A DNA stretch of 64,000 bases, taken from the NCBI GenBank assembly GCA_004022145.1, contig RCNU01000002.1. One strand, 5' to 3'. Both the position numbers and the translations under genes were made by a program. The notes under the pieces were generated by a model. The model saw nothing but the letters and a program-made list of their open reading frames with translations. It was not told the DNA's origin and searched no databases. This DNA is from Paecilomyces variotii. Lineage: Eukaryota. This document shows, in pieces, positions 1 through 12,900 of this stretch. Every line of letters starts with the position of its first letter. Position 1 is the first letter of the stretch.

Positions 1-1326
1 GTATTCCTTCGCGGACCATCAACGACAGCCACACACTACTGCTCTCTACTCGCCACATGTGCTGATCTTAGAAGGCATTCTGGCACTCTATGACCCCAGA
101 ATTCTCGAGATGCTTGATGTCAAAGTAAACCGCCCTCTCATGGGTCAATGTTCTATTATCCTGAAGCTAATGCATGCTAGATATTCGTTGAGGCGGATAT
201 GGATGTCTGCCTTGGTCGAAGAAGTGAGGATCCTGCGTCCCTAACACCTCCAGGACGTCTCTAACCTGCGCTTAACAGTCATACGCGATGTCAAAGACAG
301 GGGCAGAGAAGTTGAAGGTATCGTCAGGCAATGGTTCAAGTTCGTCAAGCCCTCGTACAAGACATACGTGGAGCCGCAACGAAGCATATCAGGTGGGTAA
401 CCGTTCACACAGAAGTGGTATACGAGGGCCTGACAGATTTGAGACATCATTATTCCCCGTGGAATTGAGAACAAAACGGCAATCGGTATGTACGCTGCCT
501 TCTGTTTCCATGTGCATGCGACTAAGGCTTTTCAGATATGGTCGTTAAGCATATCCAACGATGTCTTCAGGAGAAATCCGATAAGCATAATGCCGACTTG
601 ATGAAGCTGAGCGTTCTCGCTTCAACCGAGAAATTCTCTTCTAATGTGAAGATTATGGCGCCGACTCCGCAGTCCGTCGGCATGAATACCATTCTACAAG
701 ACCCGTCCACAGAGCAGGTCGATTTTGTCTTCTATTTTGACCGACTGGCCTCATTACTTATAGAAAAGTGCGTTTGCTTTACCTCCCGCTGACCACGGCT
801 TACAATCTTCTGGCGAGACCAGAGTCGCTGATGAGGTTACAGGGCCCTCGACTATACCGATTATAAGCCAAAGACTGTTACGACACCTGAAAAGAACGAA
901 TACAATGGTGTTTGCCAAGCAGGCATTGTGTCCGCTGTTGCCATCCTACGAGGCGGGTCGTGCTTGGAGACTGCGCTCAAGCGCACTATTCCCGATTGCA
1001 TTACGGGTCGTGTCTTGATCCAGACTAATGACCGCAGCGGGGAACCTGAATTACATTACCTGAAATTACCTCCTGGTATAGAGAAGCACTCGTCGGTCAT
1101 GTTGCTGGATGCGCAGATGTCTAGCGGAGGTGCCGCCTTGATGGCTGTCCGAGTGCTGATCGATCATGGCGTCGATGAGAACAATATTATTTTTGTGACG
1201 TGTGCTGCTGGTAAGCGTGGTCTGCAGAGACTGACAACCGTTTATCCTGGCGTTAAGGTCATCGTTGGGCGGATAGAGGAAGAAGGAGAACCAAGGTGGC
1301 TCGAGAAGAGATATTTTGGTTGTTGA
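1..1326 (+). CDS. URK1: Uridine kinase with C-terminal UPRT-like domain (5'-truncated by window edge, multi-exon)
   Basis: Spliced reading gives VLILEGILAL, IFVEADMDVCLGRR..RDVKDRGR, FVKPSYKTYVEPQ, DIIIPRG, then the UPRTase-like part (FVFYFDRL, AILRGGSCLE, LLDAQMSSGGAALMAV). Introns approximately 125-180, 224-278, 393-443, 487-535, 768-842. Confidence 0.9.
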
Positions 1327-1902
1327 TCTATCTGGAATACATATACAATCTACGTATATACTTTTTTGATTCGAAATAATGACTCATGTCAAGGCATATA
1401 CTCCGATTGAATAGATTAATCAAATGCACACTCAGTGTACGCTCTCATTGACGTAGTGCTATGAACTGACCTAAACCCGGAGCTACATGAAAATATAGAA
1501 TCACAATAGCCATCTTTCGAGCGTCATAGGACATCGCTCGCGATATCTAGCGTGGAAATTGCTGAATGCTCAGGGATGACTGAATACTAAAGTACTATGA
1601 TATCAACCTCACAAACCCGACAAGAGCATTGCATTCGATCTACTGTCAGTTCATTGAATTGGGACTTGGATAATCGCGGTCGCCGCTCGGAGATAACGCA
1701 CGGACCATGTCAAAAATTCCCAAGTCCTCGCCCGCGATTTCATCGCGGAAATATCAGAATTCAACAGGCACAAACTGACAAACGCAATTTTTTCCCCAGA
1801 GGAAAGCCTCTTTCATAGGCGGCGCGCTTTTTTCGAGGCCTATCCAATCTTCCCATTCTTCCATTTGCTGTTCTTTGCCTACAATTTCTTTTGCCCGCCA
1901 CA

Positions 1903-4179
1903 ATGCCTGATCCCGGAAAGAAGAAATCCAAAGGCAGCGGCGGGAGCAAAGCTGGAAAAGCTAGCGGTCCTATTATCAGTATGTTTCTTGTCCCCCTCTC
2001 TCGACATATTAGCCGCGCGATATCCTAGGAAGGAATTTCATTTTTGTTGGAAGCTGACTTGCGATTTGTAGCCGATCCGCGATTTGCCAATATCCAGAGC
2101 GATCCCCGCTACCGACTCCCCAGCAAGCGCCATACACATGTGAAGCTCGATAAGCGTTTCTCGCACGTGCTGCACGATCAGGACTTTTCTCGTAATGCGG
2201 CTGTCGATAGATACGGTCGGAAGTTGGCTCGTGATGATACGAAAAAGCAACTGGAGCGATTCTACCGGCTAGATGCCGCCGAGGGCGAAGAGGAAGAGGA
2301 AGATGATGACTTGGACAAAGTCAGCGTGGATGATGACGATGAGGTCTTGAAGGAACTGGAAAAGGCTGATAAGAAAGCATACGATCCCGCGCGTGATGGT
2401 GGGTTTTCTGAGTCGTCATCTTCCGAGGAGAGCTCTAGTGAGGAAGAGAGTGAGGAGGAGGAGGTTGATGAGGGCGAAGAGCTGGAGTTTCCGACGAAGG
2501 CACAGACAGATGTGCCGGAGGGAGAGGTCACGAATCGCATAGCGGTGGTTAATCTGGATTGGGATAATATCCGCGCAGAGGATCTCATGGCTGTTTTCTC
2601 GAGTTTCGTGCCCACCGGTGGTCGAGTCCTTAAGGTCTCGATTTACCCTAGTGAGTTTGGAAAGGAGCGGCTAGAAAGGGAGGAAATTGAAGGTCCCCCA
2701 AAGGAAATCTTCGCTAGAGACGACAAAGATGAAGAAGAAGAGGATGAGGACGAGGAGGAAGATATTGATTCCGAAGACGAGGAAGAAAAGATCAAGCAGT
2801 CTCTATTGAAGGAAGATAAGGGTGAAGAGTTCAACTCCACCCGCCTACGACAGTACCAGCTCGAGCGATTGCGCTATTACTATGCTATTCTCATCTTCTC
2901 CTCGAAGGAGGTTGCGAAGCATGTCTACGACAATGTGGATGGAACCGAGTACCTGACCAGTGCCAACTTCTTTGACCTTCGATTCGTTCCAGACGATACT
3001 GATTTCTCCGACGACAAGCCGAGAGACGAGTGCGAGAGGATCCCGGAGGGCTATAAGCCTAACGAATTCGTCACAGACGCCCTGCAACACAGCAAGGTGA
3101 AGCTTACATGGGATGCGGATGATAACGTACGAAAAGAAGTGCAGGCCAAGGCCTTCAAGGGCAGCAGAAAGGATATCGACGAAAACGACCTGAAGGCATA
3201 CCTTGGAAGCGACAGTTCAGATGATGAGGACGAGGAAATTGAAGAGGTCGATGGCGAGACCGGTGAGAAGTCCACCAAGAAGGTGTCCAAAAAGGAAGCG
3301 GAAAGACAGCGCATGCGCGCCCTGCTTGGACTAGACACTGGAGTGTCTACAAAATCCAAATCCAAAGGCCCTGTAGGGGACATGGAGATCACGTTCACGT
3401 CGGGTCTAGCTGGGGCACCAGCCAAGGACTCTGTCTTCGAGAATGAACCGGAGCGCGAAGAGACCACCATCGAAAAGTACGCTCGCAAGGAGCGTGAGAG
3501 GAAGCAGAAGCGAAAGGAGAGGCTCAAGGCTATGAAGCGCGGTGAGACTCTGCCCGAGGACAACGAGGAGGCCGAGAAGGATGGCCAAAAAGAACAGGCA
3601 GCGGCCGAGGAGGATCTGGGCTTCGATGATCCTTTCTTTGAAGACCCCGACGGCAAAGCCGCCGCAATAGCCCAGCGCAAGGAGGAGCGACGCAAGAAGC
3701 GTGAGCAGCGGGCCGCCGAAGAAGCCGCCTCAGCGGCTCAGCGTGCGGAGCTCGAGCTGCTGATGGTCGACGACAAGAGCGCCGGCGTCCAGCACTTCGA
3801 CATGAATGAGATCGAGAAGGCCGAGAAACAGGCTCGCAAGAAGGGCAAGAAGGGCAAGGGCGCAAAGGGCGAGGTGGAGGCACCCGCAGACGATTTCAAG
3901 ATCGATGTCAGCGACCCCCGATTCTCCCGTCTGTACGAGAGCCACGAGTTTGCCATTGATCCCACAAACCCGCGCTTCCGCCAGACTTCTGCCATGAAGG
4001 CCCTACTCGAGGAAGGCCGGAAGCGCAGAAGAAACCGGGCTGAGGAGGACGAAGATGGTGAGCGGGGCGGAAGCAGGGAGTCGCAGAAGAAGCAGAAGAA
4101 GTCGTCCAAGAACGAGGGTGGAGAAGACGACCTGAAGAAACTGGTTGCTCGGGTCAAGAGCAAGGTGCCCAAGGCATGA
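1903..4179 (+). CDS. ESF1: Pre-rRNA processing protein Esf1 (NUC153 domain)
   Basis: ATG 1903, intron 1979-2071 (GTATGT...GCTGAC...TAG). Motifs DPRF, RIAVVNLDWD, LRQYQLERLRYYYA, NFFDLRFVPD, DPRFSRLYESHEFAIDPTNPRF; acidic and basic low-complexity tracts. Confidence 0.93.
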
Positions 4180-5444
4180 TTCAGCCATGATTCAATCCGA
4201 TTATAATCTTGTCAAGGGAAAGCGAACCGGAAAACAAAAGTCCATGTGGTTTGGGGTTGGTGTTTATGGGAATTTTCCGGACATATCTTTTTTTCTTCTT
4301 TTTCTCTGGTCTCGTACTTATGCAGGATGTATGTATGTACTGTATACATTGTGAGCTACACGCAGGCGTCTAATCGACGTGTATTCCATCAGAAGAATAG
4401 AATTTCAACATTGTATTAACATTTCGTTCTTTACGAAAGTATATGGTAGAAGATCGTGGATTCGTAACATCGCCTTGATGTATCGTCTAGTAAAAAAGGT
4501 CACGCGACCACACAGGGGAACGGGAAATAGTGATAATCAAGGATCAACTACGCCGGATAACTCTACCACAAGCTCCCGTCTGATAAAATACAATACTTGC
4601 ATGAGTAGTAAAACTGGATGAGAGCCTCTAAACTATCCCCAGACTAAGTTGAGTTAGACTATCAGCTAGTTAGATAGATAGGTGTCGCGTGCGCTCAGGG
4701 ACGATCCAACGGAGCGGAGCCCGCGTGGTTGCAGACCGGACGCAGTTTGAGTGGCTCGGACGAACCGCTGCTTCCTGCAGGGTGTAATTATTGGCCTCTG
4801 ATCGTGTCCATCATTATCTGATTATGATTGAGTTTATTATGTCTGTTTCTCCAGCTGGAATCATATGTATTCGCATTATTGCTGGCGGAAGAGATATAAC
4901 TATCACTATCACCAACTGGTTCAAACTACCAGCCGCTTACTAAGGCCGCTCACCGCCCTTTTGGCCGTTTGCTCCCGCTCTCCCGCCGTCGAAGTCTCTC
5001 CTCCGTCCTCCTCCGCTTTCTCCCCTCAGCTAGTGAGCATTGCAAATCGCTGCTGGTCGTTGTCTGGGGACGCTTGTTTTTTGTTCACGCTATCTCATTT
5101 CATCATCTATACACCTGCTGAGCCCTTCCTGCGCTTTCAATTCATCCCTATCATCGATTCATTCCCCCCACGCTTCCAATTTACTGTCACTGCGCTCTCA
5201 CCTCGCTCCCCGCCCTGCCTGCTGGATCTAGTACGCTGCATATAGCCCCTCAATTAGTCGACGGTCGTGTCGCGGGGTTCCCCAAGGAGACAGCCGACAG
5301 ACGTCACTCCAGGCTTCGATGCGAGGAGCGTGGTGATTCAGCGATGGCGTCTCATTGCTAAGACGTCCTCACAACCTCGTCGCCGCCTGGCTTCCCCTGT
5401 ATTCTCTCCCTTTTGGTCTTTAGTTTGGCAGCAACCCCGTCACC

Positions 5445-8400
5445 ATGCTGGGCAGGCTGTTGAGCACAGCCGCGTCCACTTTGAACCCGGCGAGTTATGG
5501 CTCTCGAAATGCCGCCCATCTGGAATCGGTGACAGAGGAGGAACACACTTCGGGTCTTTTGTTTCCTGACGCGAGCCTACTCCGGCGCTCCAATGCGCAC
5601 GCGTATCCCCTCCAGACGAGCTTCTCGTCTCCGAATGCCTCGACCGCCGGCGCATATGATGATCGCGGAGGATTGGAGCTAGATGCAGGGAAGGATTTCC
5701 GTGTCCTCATCGCACAGAACGCGCTGGGAGACCGGGATGAACCCTGCATACTGCTTGACACCCGCATGAATGCAGACCAACCTCCGCAGGGCCTGGGATT
5801 AGATCCTCATGTGTTCGAGGGTCCATCGCGCAGACACACGAGAACAGCAAGCCTCACGAAGGCACCGCCGCGGCGTGCCTCGGTCCAGACCACCGGGGTG
5901 CATCAGTCCTCCCTGGTGGAACCCAGACCGCTGGCGATGGCAGCCAGCGCGAGGAAATCGGGTCCGCTGAGTCCCGGAGCTTTTAATCGCACCAGAGGTA
6001 GAAGCTCCACCTTGTCCGCTGCAGTGGGGGGTCCCGAATCTTATCATAATCGACACGCCGGCGACTCCAGCGAATACGGACTTTTGAATTGCATCTTTGG
6101 AAGCAGTGCTTTTAGTTATCGAGGTTCCTCGACCAAGATACATATCCTGTCGGCGGATGGTGACACCGCAAATAGTTCTCCCGGGGCCTCGCCGTCCCAC
6201 CGTGGCCCCGACAATTATGGCTCACGAGGCATGACACAACGCGGCCCTCTGGGACGGACACCTACGGGCGGAACGCAACCCGGCCCTACTTCTTTACAGG
6301 ACAAGCTGAATGACCCGAAGCCCCCATCAAAGGTGATAGTGCTCATCACCAGGATGTTTAGCGTCAATCTCCCTGAAGCGCGGGATGGTTCACCGGACGC
6401 CCCGGAGTTTATTTCTCCTTTCCAAGAGTCGCTCCCTGATGGATACCCCTTCCCGGACATCAGCAAGCGCAAAAAGATTAAAGAAAAGAAGACTCCTATG
6501 TATGCTGTTGCGATCAGCATTCAGATTCCTCTGGGTGCTAGACATGGCGCCCGTCCGATCTCACGGGTGGGTCCCCAGGGAGCAGACCCCCTCAAATCGG
6601 GCGGCTCCATGTCCTTCTCCCTTGACTCTGCCCAAGGGTTTGGTAGCTCCTTTCTCGAGGAAACTCTTTCTTCGCCGCCGGCGAGCCTGGACGAGAGGAT
6701 CGATCTGCTCGTGGATCATTGGGATGCGATAACTCGTACACTGTCCCGTCTCGAGAGATTAGCAAGCAGAGAGATTCTCTCGCTGCTCAAGCAGTTCGAT
6801 GCCTTGTCCAATCTCCAGCCCAAGCCGGCCAAAGCACCAAACATGCAGAGAACGAACCAGACGATAGTCCAACTGCCGCCGAACATATTAGCGGGAAACA
6901 CCAAGCTCAGAGAGGAGGCGTTGCTATCGTCACAGCGCATATGTTTCGCTCTTCGGATACCTCGTGTAGTCACGGGGCAGAGCAGATGGGGGGTATGGCG
7001 TGAAGAGGCTCGTTGGATCGCTCGAGGATTGGGAGATAAAGAGCATAACTTCTTTTTCCTCGTCCTCATCACCTCGTTCCTTGGCAATCATACCGAATGG
7101 CTCAGCTCCCTAGGACCAGATTGGTATCGGCGGCGCCATTACCAGCAGCAGAAAGCCCAACAAGACGCGGAACCGGTAATATCAAACAGAACCGTGATTG
7201 TGTGTCCGGACAAGATGACTGCTCGAAGACTGATATTCCTCTTGTCAGCCTTCTTGCCAGCTAGACAGCGCTTCGAGCCTCCGGCCTCGCCCTTCCGTCC
7301 TGGATCCTCCACCAGTGCACGGCCGCTCTCACAGAGCCCTCCCAGTGTTCCGCAGCTCCGGCAGGAATCCCTGCGGAGAACAATCGAGAGGCGGGCCCGT
7401 GCCCAACGACTCAACCTGGATGATAGCGACAGCCATGAAAGGTCGATCAGCGTGTCGTCTAGCGAGACTGCCCACCGGTCTTCTGATGATGTCGATTCTG
7501 TCGCCGTAATGGACTACCCCAAACCGAGGAGGGAGTCGGATGCACGCTCTATCAGAACCATGAATCTCCCTATTCATACGAACGACACGCGGATGAGGAA
7601 GGCCACTGCGTCTACCGCTTCGACAATGGCTCCAAACTCGACGGTTCCCGTGGCTCATTTCGCTTCTCAACAGAATCGGCGCGTGCCTGGTAGACGAGAG
7701 CGGTTAGAACCAGATGAGACTGATAGTTTAGCGTCAGCAAACCTACTTCGCAATCTGCAGAGGAGCGAAAGCTCCAATATTAGTTCTGACAGCAATAATC
7801 CTGCCGGTGGCCGTCGATGGAGTGGTATGTTCTCTGGTCTCTGGGGTTCACGGCAGGGATCGTCCGCCACGGATGATACCGAGATCAACGCGGGTCCGAC
7901 TACTGAACGGAGGCAATCTGCGCAGATTTCCAAGCCAACACTCAGTCAAATGGCCCAAGAAGTCGCTGTTTCCGACGAGCAGACTTACAAGGAGATAACG
8001 CCAAGCAATAAAATCACCATCCCTTCATCCTCCGCTGCTCCAAAGGGATTGGATGAGAACGCCCAAGAGCTATCGTCTCCGAATCCGGAACGCAACAAGG
8101 AATCGCCTCTCAAACTCTCTGTGCGTGGTCAAGATGGCGTTGTCGACGTTGATCTCCCGCTGCCAGGGTTTGTCTCTTTGTCGTCTTCTGGCGACTCGAC
8201 ATTGGCCTCTCCTAAGAAGACACGAACTTCAGTTACTAGCGTTGATGCTGTTGCGTCGACACACAGCAGCAACTCAGGGTTTAACGTGCCAATCAGAGAG
8301 AACGATGGGCCCAACACCAATGTCGCCGGTTGGCTGAAGAGCTTCCACGAAGACTTCCTTCTCCAGGCGGTAAGGCCGTATGACAGCTTGGAAACAGACG

Positions 8401-9140
8401 TTAAGAGAGCCATGTTGTCCGAGGCCGCCCCCAACCCACTTCCTGGCTCGACCGATCTCGATGGAGCAGAGAGGTGGGTTGATGTGGCCACGACTCTGAT
8501 CGCCGATACCCGGACTTTCAGCGTTAAGCGGCTGCGCCTGAGGCGGAAGATCCAAGGCAACGGAACACCACTTCGAACCCCCACCTCGCCCTTAAACAAC
8601 TCCCGTCCGGTGACCCCTCGCCAGCGTCCTGAAACGCCCTCATCTACAACCCCGTTCACGAGTTTGTTCTCCAATGCCGGCCGGTCTCGTAAGGATTCCA
8701 TGGCGACGATAATCGATCCTGCTGCGATCAACGAAGCCGAGGAAAAGTTCGTCGAGGAGCCCGTGATGGATTTGGATAGCATATTGGTCGATGCAGTCGA
8801 GCGGGTCTTGGCACGCAGTGGCCAGTCCTCGGTGGTGCCTACGCGACCACCATCTCCCAATCGAGGACGCAAGGAAGACACGTCGGATGCTCATTCTGTT
8901 CACGGTGATATCCCCACCGTGGAAGTGCCTCGTGCAGAGTGCCGCAGAATGGTCCTGGGCGCGTTAGAGGAGGTTGTGCGCAGTGTGACGGCTGAGCGCT
9001 TCCGCGAGGACGGCGATCCTGAATTAGGCCACCCCGTGTCATCTGCAGACAGAGAACAGAAAAAGAAGCTCGCCGCTGTCGATAATACCCTGAGAGAGGG
9101 AGTCCGCAAATGGCTACTGGATGTCGAAGAAGCTGTCTGA
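5445..9140 (+). CDS. LST4: Folliculin-interacting protein family (FNIP/Lst4-like), 1231 aa, intronless
   Basis: FRVLIAQ and LLNCIFGSSAFSYRGSSTKIH resemble the FNIP N-terminal longin block; LITSFLGNHTEW and RTVIVCPDKMTARRLIFLLSAF resemble the FNIP middle/DENN region. Family recognised from memory. Confidence 0.75.
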   Translation: MLGRLLSTAASTLNPASYGSRNAAHLESVTEEEHTSGLLFPDASLLRRSNAHAYPLQTSFSSPNASTAGAYDDRGGLELDAGKDFRVLIAQNALGDRDEPCILLDTRMNADQPPQGLGLDPHVFEGPSRRHTRTASLTKAPPRRASVQTTGVHQSSLVEPRPLAMAASARKSGPLSPGAFNRTRGRSSTLSAAVGGPESYHNRHAGDSSEYGLLNCIFGSSAFSYRGSSTKIHILSADGDTANSSPGASPSHRGPDNYGSRGMTQRGPLGRTPTGGTQPGPTSLQDKLNDPKPPSKVIVLITRMFSVNLPEARDGSPDAPEFISPFQESLPDGYPFPDISKRKKIKEKKTPMYAVAISIQIPLGARHGARPISRVGPQGADPLKSGGSMSFSLDSAQGFGSSFLEETLSSPPASLDERIDLLVDHWDAITRTLSRLERLASREILSLLKQFDALSNLQPKPAKAPNMQRTNQTIVQLPPNILAGNTKLREEALLSSQRICFALRIPRVVTGQSRWGVWREEARWIARGLGDKEHNFFFLVLITSFLGNHTEWLSSLGPDWYRRRHYQQQKAQQDAEPVISNRTVIVCPDKMTARRLIFLLSAFLPARQRFEPPASPFRPGSSTSARPLSQSPPSVPQLRQESLRRTIERRARAQRLNLDDSDSHERSISVSSSETAHRSSDDVDSVAVMDYPKPRRESDARSIRTMNLPIHTNDTRMRKATASTASTMAPNSTVPVAHFASQQNRRVPGRRERLEPDETDSLASANLLRNLQRSESSNISSDSNNPAGGRRWSGMFSGLWGSRQGSSATDDTEINAGPTTERRQSAQISKPTLSQMAQEVAVSDEQTYKEITPSNKITIPSSSAAPKGLDENAQELSSPNPERNKESPLKLSVRGQDGVVDVDLPLPGFVSLSSSGDSTLASPKKTRTSVTSVDAVASTHSSNSGFNVPIRENDGPNTNVAGWLKSFHEDFLLQAVRPYDSLETDVKRAMLSEAAPNPLPGSTDLDGAERWVDVATTLIADTRTFSVKRLRLRRKIQGNGTPLRTPTSPLNNSRPVTPRQRPETPSSTTPFTSLFSNAGRSRKDSMATIIDPAAINEAEEKFVEEPVMDLDSILVDAVERVLARSGQSSVVPTRPPSPNRGRKEDTSDAHSVHGDIPTVEVPRAECRRMVLGALEEVVRSVTAERFREDGDPELGHPVSSADREQKKKLAAVDNTLREGVRKWLLDVEEAV

Positions 9141-9907
9141 TACAACACCGTGTAGTATATCGTGTACATGCTGATGGTTCAGGCGTTGTTTCGGTCCAGC
9201 ACTGTTCGGGATTATCCTCTTACTCTTTTGCTACGAGAGCTATTTCTATTTTCTATAAAGAGAAAGTGGAAACTGACGATCGGGGATTAGCAAGGGTATG
9301 GGGAGTTTGTTCTTTTTTCCTCTTCTGATCCAATCAATGCAGTTCATGCATTTTCACCATAAACGTCATGATACCCGGTCTTCATCATTCCTTTTCGATA
9401 CGATTACGATGTTTGATGTTATGTTTTCTTTCTTACCAATTCTAATATCCTCAGTCCGCCCTGGACCATATGCGCTGGCGTCCCTTCTTCCTTTTATTCC
9501 TATGCAATTCTATTCTAGCGATTGCTATCTTTTTTTTTTCTCTACCGGGCCACGGTAAAGAAAATTTCAACACTCAAAGCTATTCTTGTAATTCCAGGAT
9601 TCAAACATCTGGTAGCGTTTTTCTTTCTAGAGTAGTGCCACGAGTAGCGGCTTTTGGGGGTTCTATTGCTTTTATTATTATTATTATTATTATTATTTTT
9701 AATGGCCACTTTTGCCTTTTTTTGGGTCCTAGGAGGGGGGGAATGTGTGATGCCGAGTATCATTGACAAATAGACATAGTAATGAAATTTAGAAAGTCAT
9801 TTATCCTGTATTATTATCATCATCTTCTTCTTCTTCATATATTATTCGTTCTTATATCCTAATTAAGGGCTCGGAACCAAAAACAAAAAAATGATTACTT
9901 CGTGTTT

Positions 9908-12900
9908 TCAAAGTACAGGACCTAAATATCCACTCCTGGGACTTCCTGTCCTACTCGTATTAGGTTCGCGGTACTGAGTTCCTGTTCCGCTGGTGTCGTT
10001 GTTCGACGACGCTGATTCTCCTGGATGTCGAGATCCAAAGGTCGCTGGTGGCGAGATGTGATGACCTACGACGCTTGCAGGAAGTTCCAGGGATGGGATT
10101 GATGAGTCCAATGTCGGTGTCGGTACGGGTCCGACTCTTGTCGAGACGGTTCGTACCTGCGACTCGCTGTAGAATCGCTCCAGTTTGGCAGCGTCGTTAC
10201 AGAACTCTTCTAGTTCGTCTTTGAAGCTTTCTGGCGTGCGGACGAGATTCGCAGATTCAATGCAGGGAGAAGAGTACGAGCTCGCGGGGCTACTTCCTTC
10301 AGGGACGGGACGGAAGAGAGGGGATGGGCGGGGAGAGACACGGTCGAGGGGGTCAAAAGTGGCTGCTCGTGGCCGGTATTGATCTGGACGGTCGCTCCGG
10401 TCGAGTCGGGATGCATCCCGTGCGAAGATAGCTCTGGTGCTGTACAGACGGTTGGCGAGAAAAAGGAAGTCGCCTTCGTCAGTTATCTGAATAATGGAGA
10501 GACCTGATCGGTGGATATATTGAGGGTAATGAAAGTCGGGCTTTCCCCATGAGTACGAAACCTCAACGTCTGGGGGATACGAATCCCACGATTCGAAGTC
10601 TAGCACATAGTCTAGTTTCTTGAGGAGCGCTTTTTGGTAGTAGTGTTTGTCGGGAGTGCCTTGCTGTGTGAACGATGTCGTATTGTAGATGGTAGGAGCA
10701 GGTGGTTTGGGGGGCTTCACTTTGAGCTGTATCCTGTACGGCTTTCTGAAAGGTTGAGTCTGAGGAATAGTACACGCTTCTGCAATCGGCACCTGTACGA
10801 GCTTAAGGCCGAACTTCTCTGCAGTCGATGCCCATGACGCAACTGCATCCTCAATAAGCTTTGGAGTCGTCTTCAGCCATTGAATTTCGATATGGAAGCA
10901 ATTTTCGGGGTTGTGCAGCCGATCATAATGAAGGTGCACAAATTCGGGACGGTTGGATCGCTTCCTAGGATCCACATCGTATTTCATGCTCTTTGAAAGC
11001 ATGATAGCCACTTTCGACTTAGATTTAGACGGTGTATTCAATGTCGATGTAGCCGTCTCATCCGTGCTTTCGGACCTTGCCCTACCTCCCGAAGGAGAGT
11101 CCTTCGGATTTTCGATCACTGGTGTTGATGGGACGGATTTATCCGGCTTCCTGGGTGCAGGGAACCACCCCGTTCGAGACTCGGGTTTTGAAACCCGGTA
11201 CTCACTGGCGATCTGGTAGAAGTAATTGCCGTCCCTGAAATTATGCCTCTTCTCGACGTGTTGAAAAAGGCCATGCTTCATCAGCTCATTACCGAACTCG
11301 ACGGCCTCTTCTCGCGTGTCGATATCGCGAAAGTTTTGTAATAACCAGGTTGTAAACTCGAACCCGATGAAGCAGTTATAGTGCAGTCTCCAGTGCCATC
11401 TTCTGTCCATCATGCGAACACCTTTATCTCCCTGTATCATCTGTGCCAGGGACGATAAATTTACGCTAGACCTCTCCAGCAGTTCGGAGTCGGGAAGCAG
11501 TTGTGCTGGCGGATTATCAAGCCCGGGGTCAGTGAGCAATATCCGGTCAAGTTCGGCAGCGACAACCTCAGAAGGATTTCTGGTCTGGTACATGATGTTG
11601 AGTGGGTTCTGGTCCTTCTTGTGTGCTCCACTTTGGAATCGTTTCTCGTCCTGCGGTACGTACTTGTGCCGCTGCCACATATGCGTCAACTGGTTGATTC
11701 CAAGAAGATGGATCTCTTCCTCATTATCTTCATTGAATGATTGCATGTGACGTTTAGAGTGAGCTGGCAGTCGCATGGGGATCAGAACGTAGCGAACCCT
11801 CCAAAATCGAAGCTGCTGCGTAGGATTGATAAGAAGATCCCGATGACCGGCTAGATAATTATCGGCATAGTTCCAGTTGTATTCCTCTTTGAGTGGCTCC
11901 AGGTTCACATCCCTGATGTCGTATTTAGTACTCAGGTAAGTTCGTATTGCATACCTGTACATCCTACAACGTCCTTTATCGGACAGAAAAGCGGCTGATG
12001 TTCGACGCGTGAACCTGGTGACCTCGATCTCCCCACCTGCTATACAGACGAGCCGGTGAATGGTATTTCCCATTGAAAGGTAAATGGTTGTACCATCTTT
12101 CCCGAGGGAACGGTAGTCAAAAACATTCAAAGATTCAAGCTCGTACTGGCCACAAGCCTCTGCAACAGCGCTTCCGATGATGATCTGAAAGCCATGCGAA
12201 AGGCGTAGTGATATCATTTCGCGCAGAAGGACGTCTCTGCCCTTCGGGGGTTCCTCTCCCTCGACGTCGTCATTCGGAAAGACTCTGTATGGTGTTTGTA
12301 GATAGTCAGATGCTAGTTCAGCACTCGTTGGAAATTCCTCCGTTGTCAGCGGCAAGACAGCAGGCGATTTCAAACTTTTCCATTTAACAAGGGCAACATG
12401 TGGAGGCCTTGGGTAGGCGTGCTGCCAGCGACCAAACCAACCAGCTTTGCGTAGCGTGTCTTTTGTAGTATTAGAGGGATTTATAGAGCGCACCCACGGA
12501 GCCAACGCCTTGCTGGGAGACTGGCTTGTCGATACATCTTCTGGGCCAGCATTGAGGGTGATATCCACTTTAGGCCCTGTTCTCTTCATGGGAAATATGC
12601 CGGTGGTCTCAGTCTGTCTGCCCTGACCATAGGGCACTTCCGTTGTTGTCGTGGAAAATGAGTTTGATATGACAGAACGCTCTGTATCCGGTTCTTCCGG
12701 TATTTTCTTGCTGGCAACCTTGATAGATATCGGTCGTGATGGTGTAACAGCGGAATTCTCAATAGCTTTCTTCATAGTGACTGGTTTATCGGGTGTTTCA
12801 GTAGCACTGGATAGCGACGCAGTTTCTCCTGAAGAGGAAGATGGTCGTCCGACGCTCATAGTATCGGACAGCACTCCAGTGGACTGCTTCCTGTTCAAGA

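Noticed and set aside
1711-1795. RRPE/PAC-like motifs in the ESF1 promoter
   Set aside because: Only imperfect matches (AAAAATTC, AATTTTTT, TTCATCGC); too weak to call.
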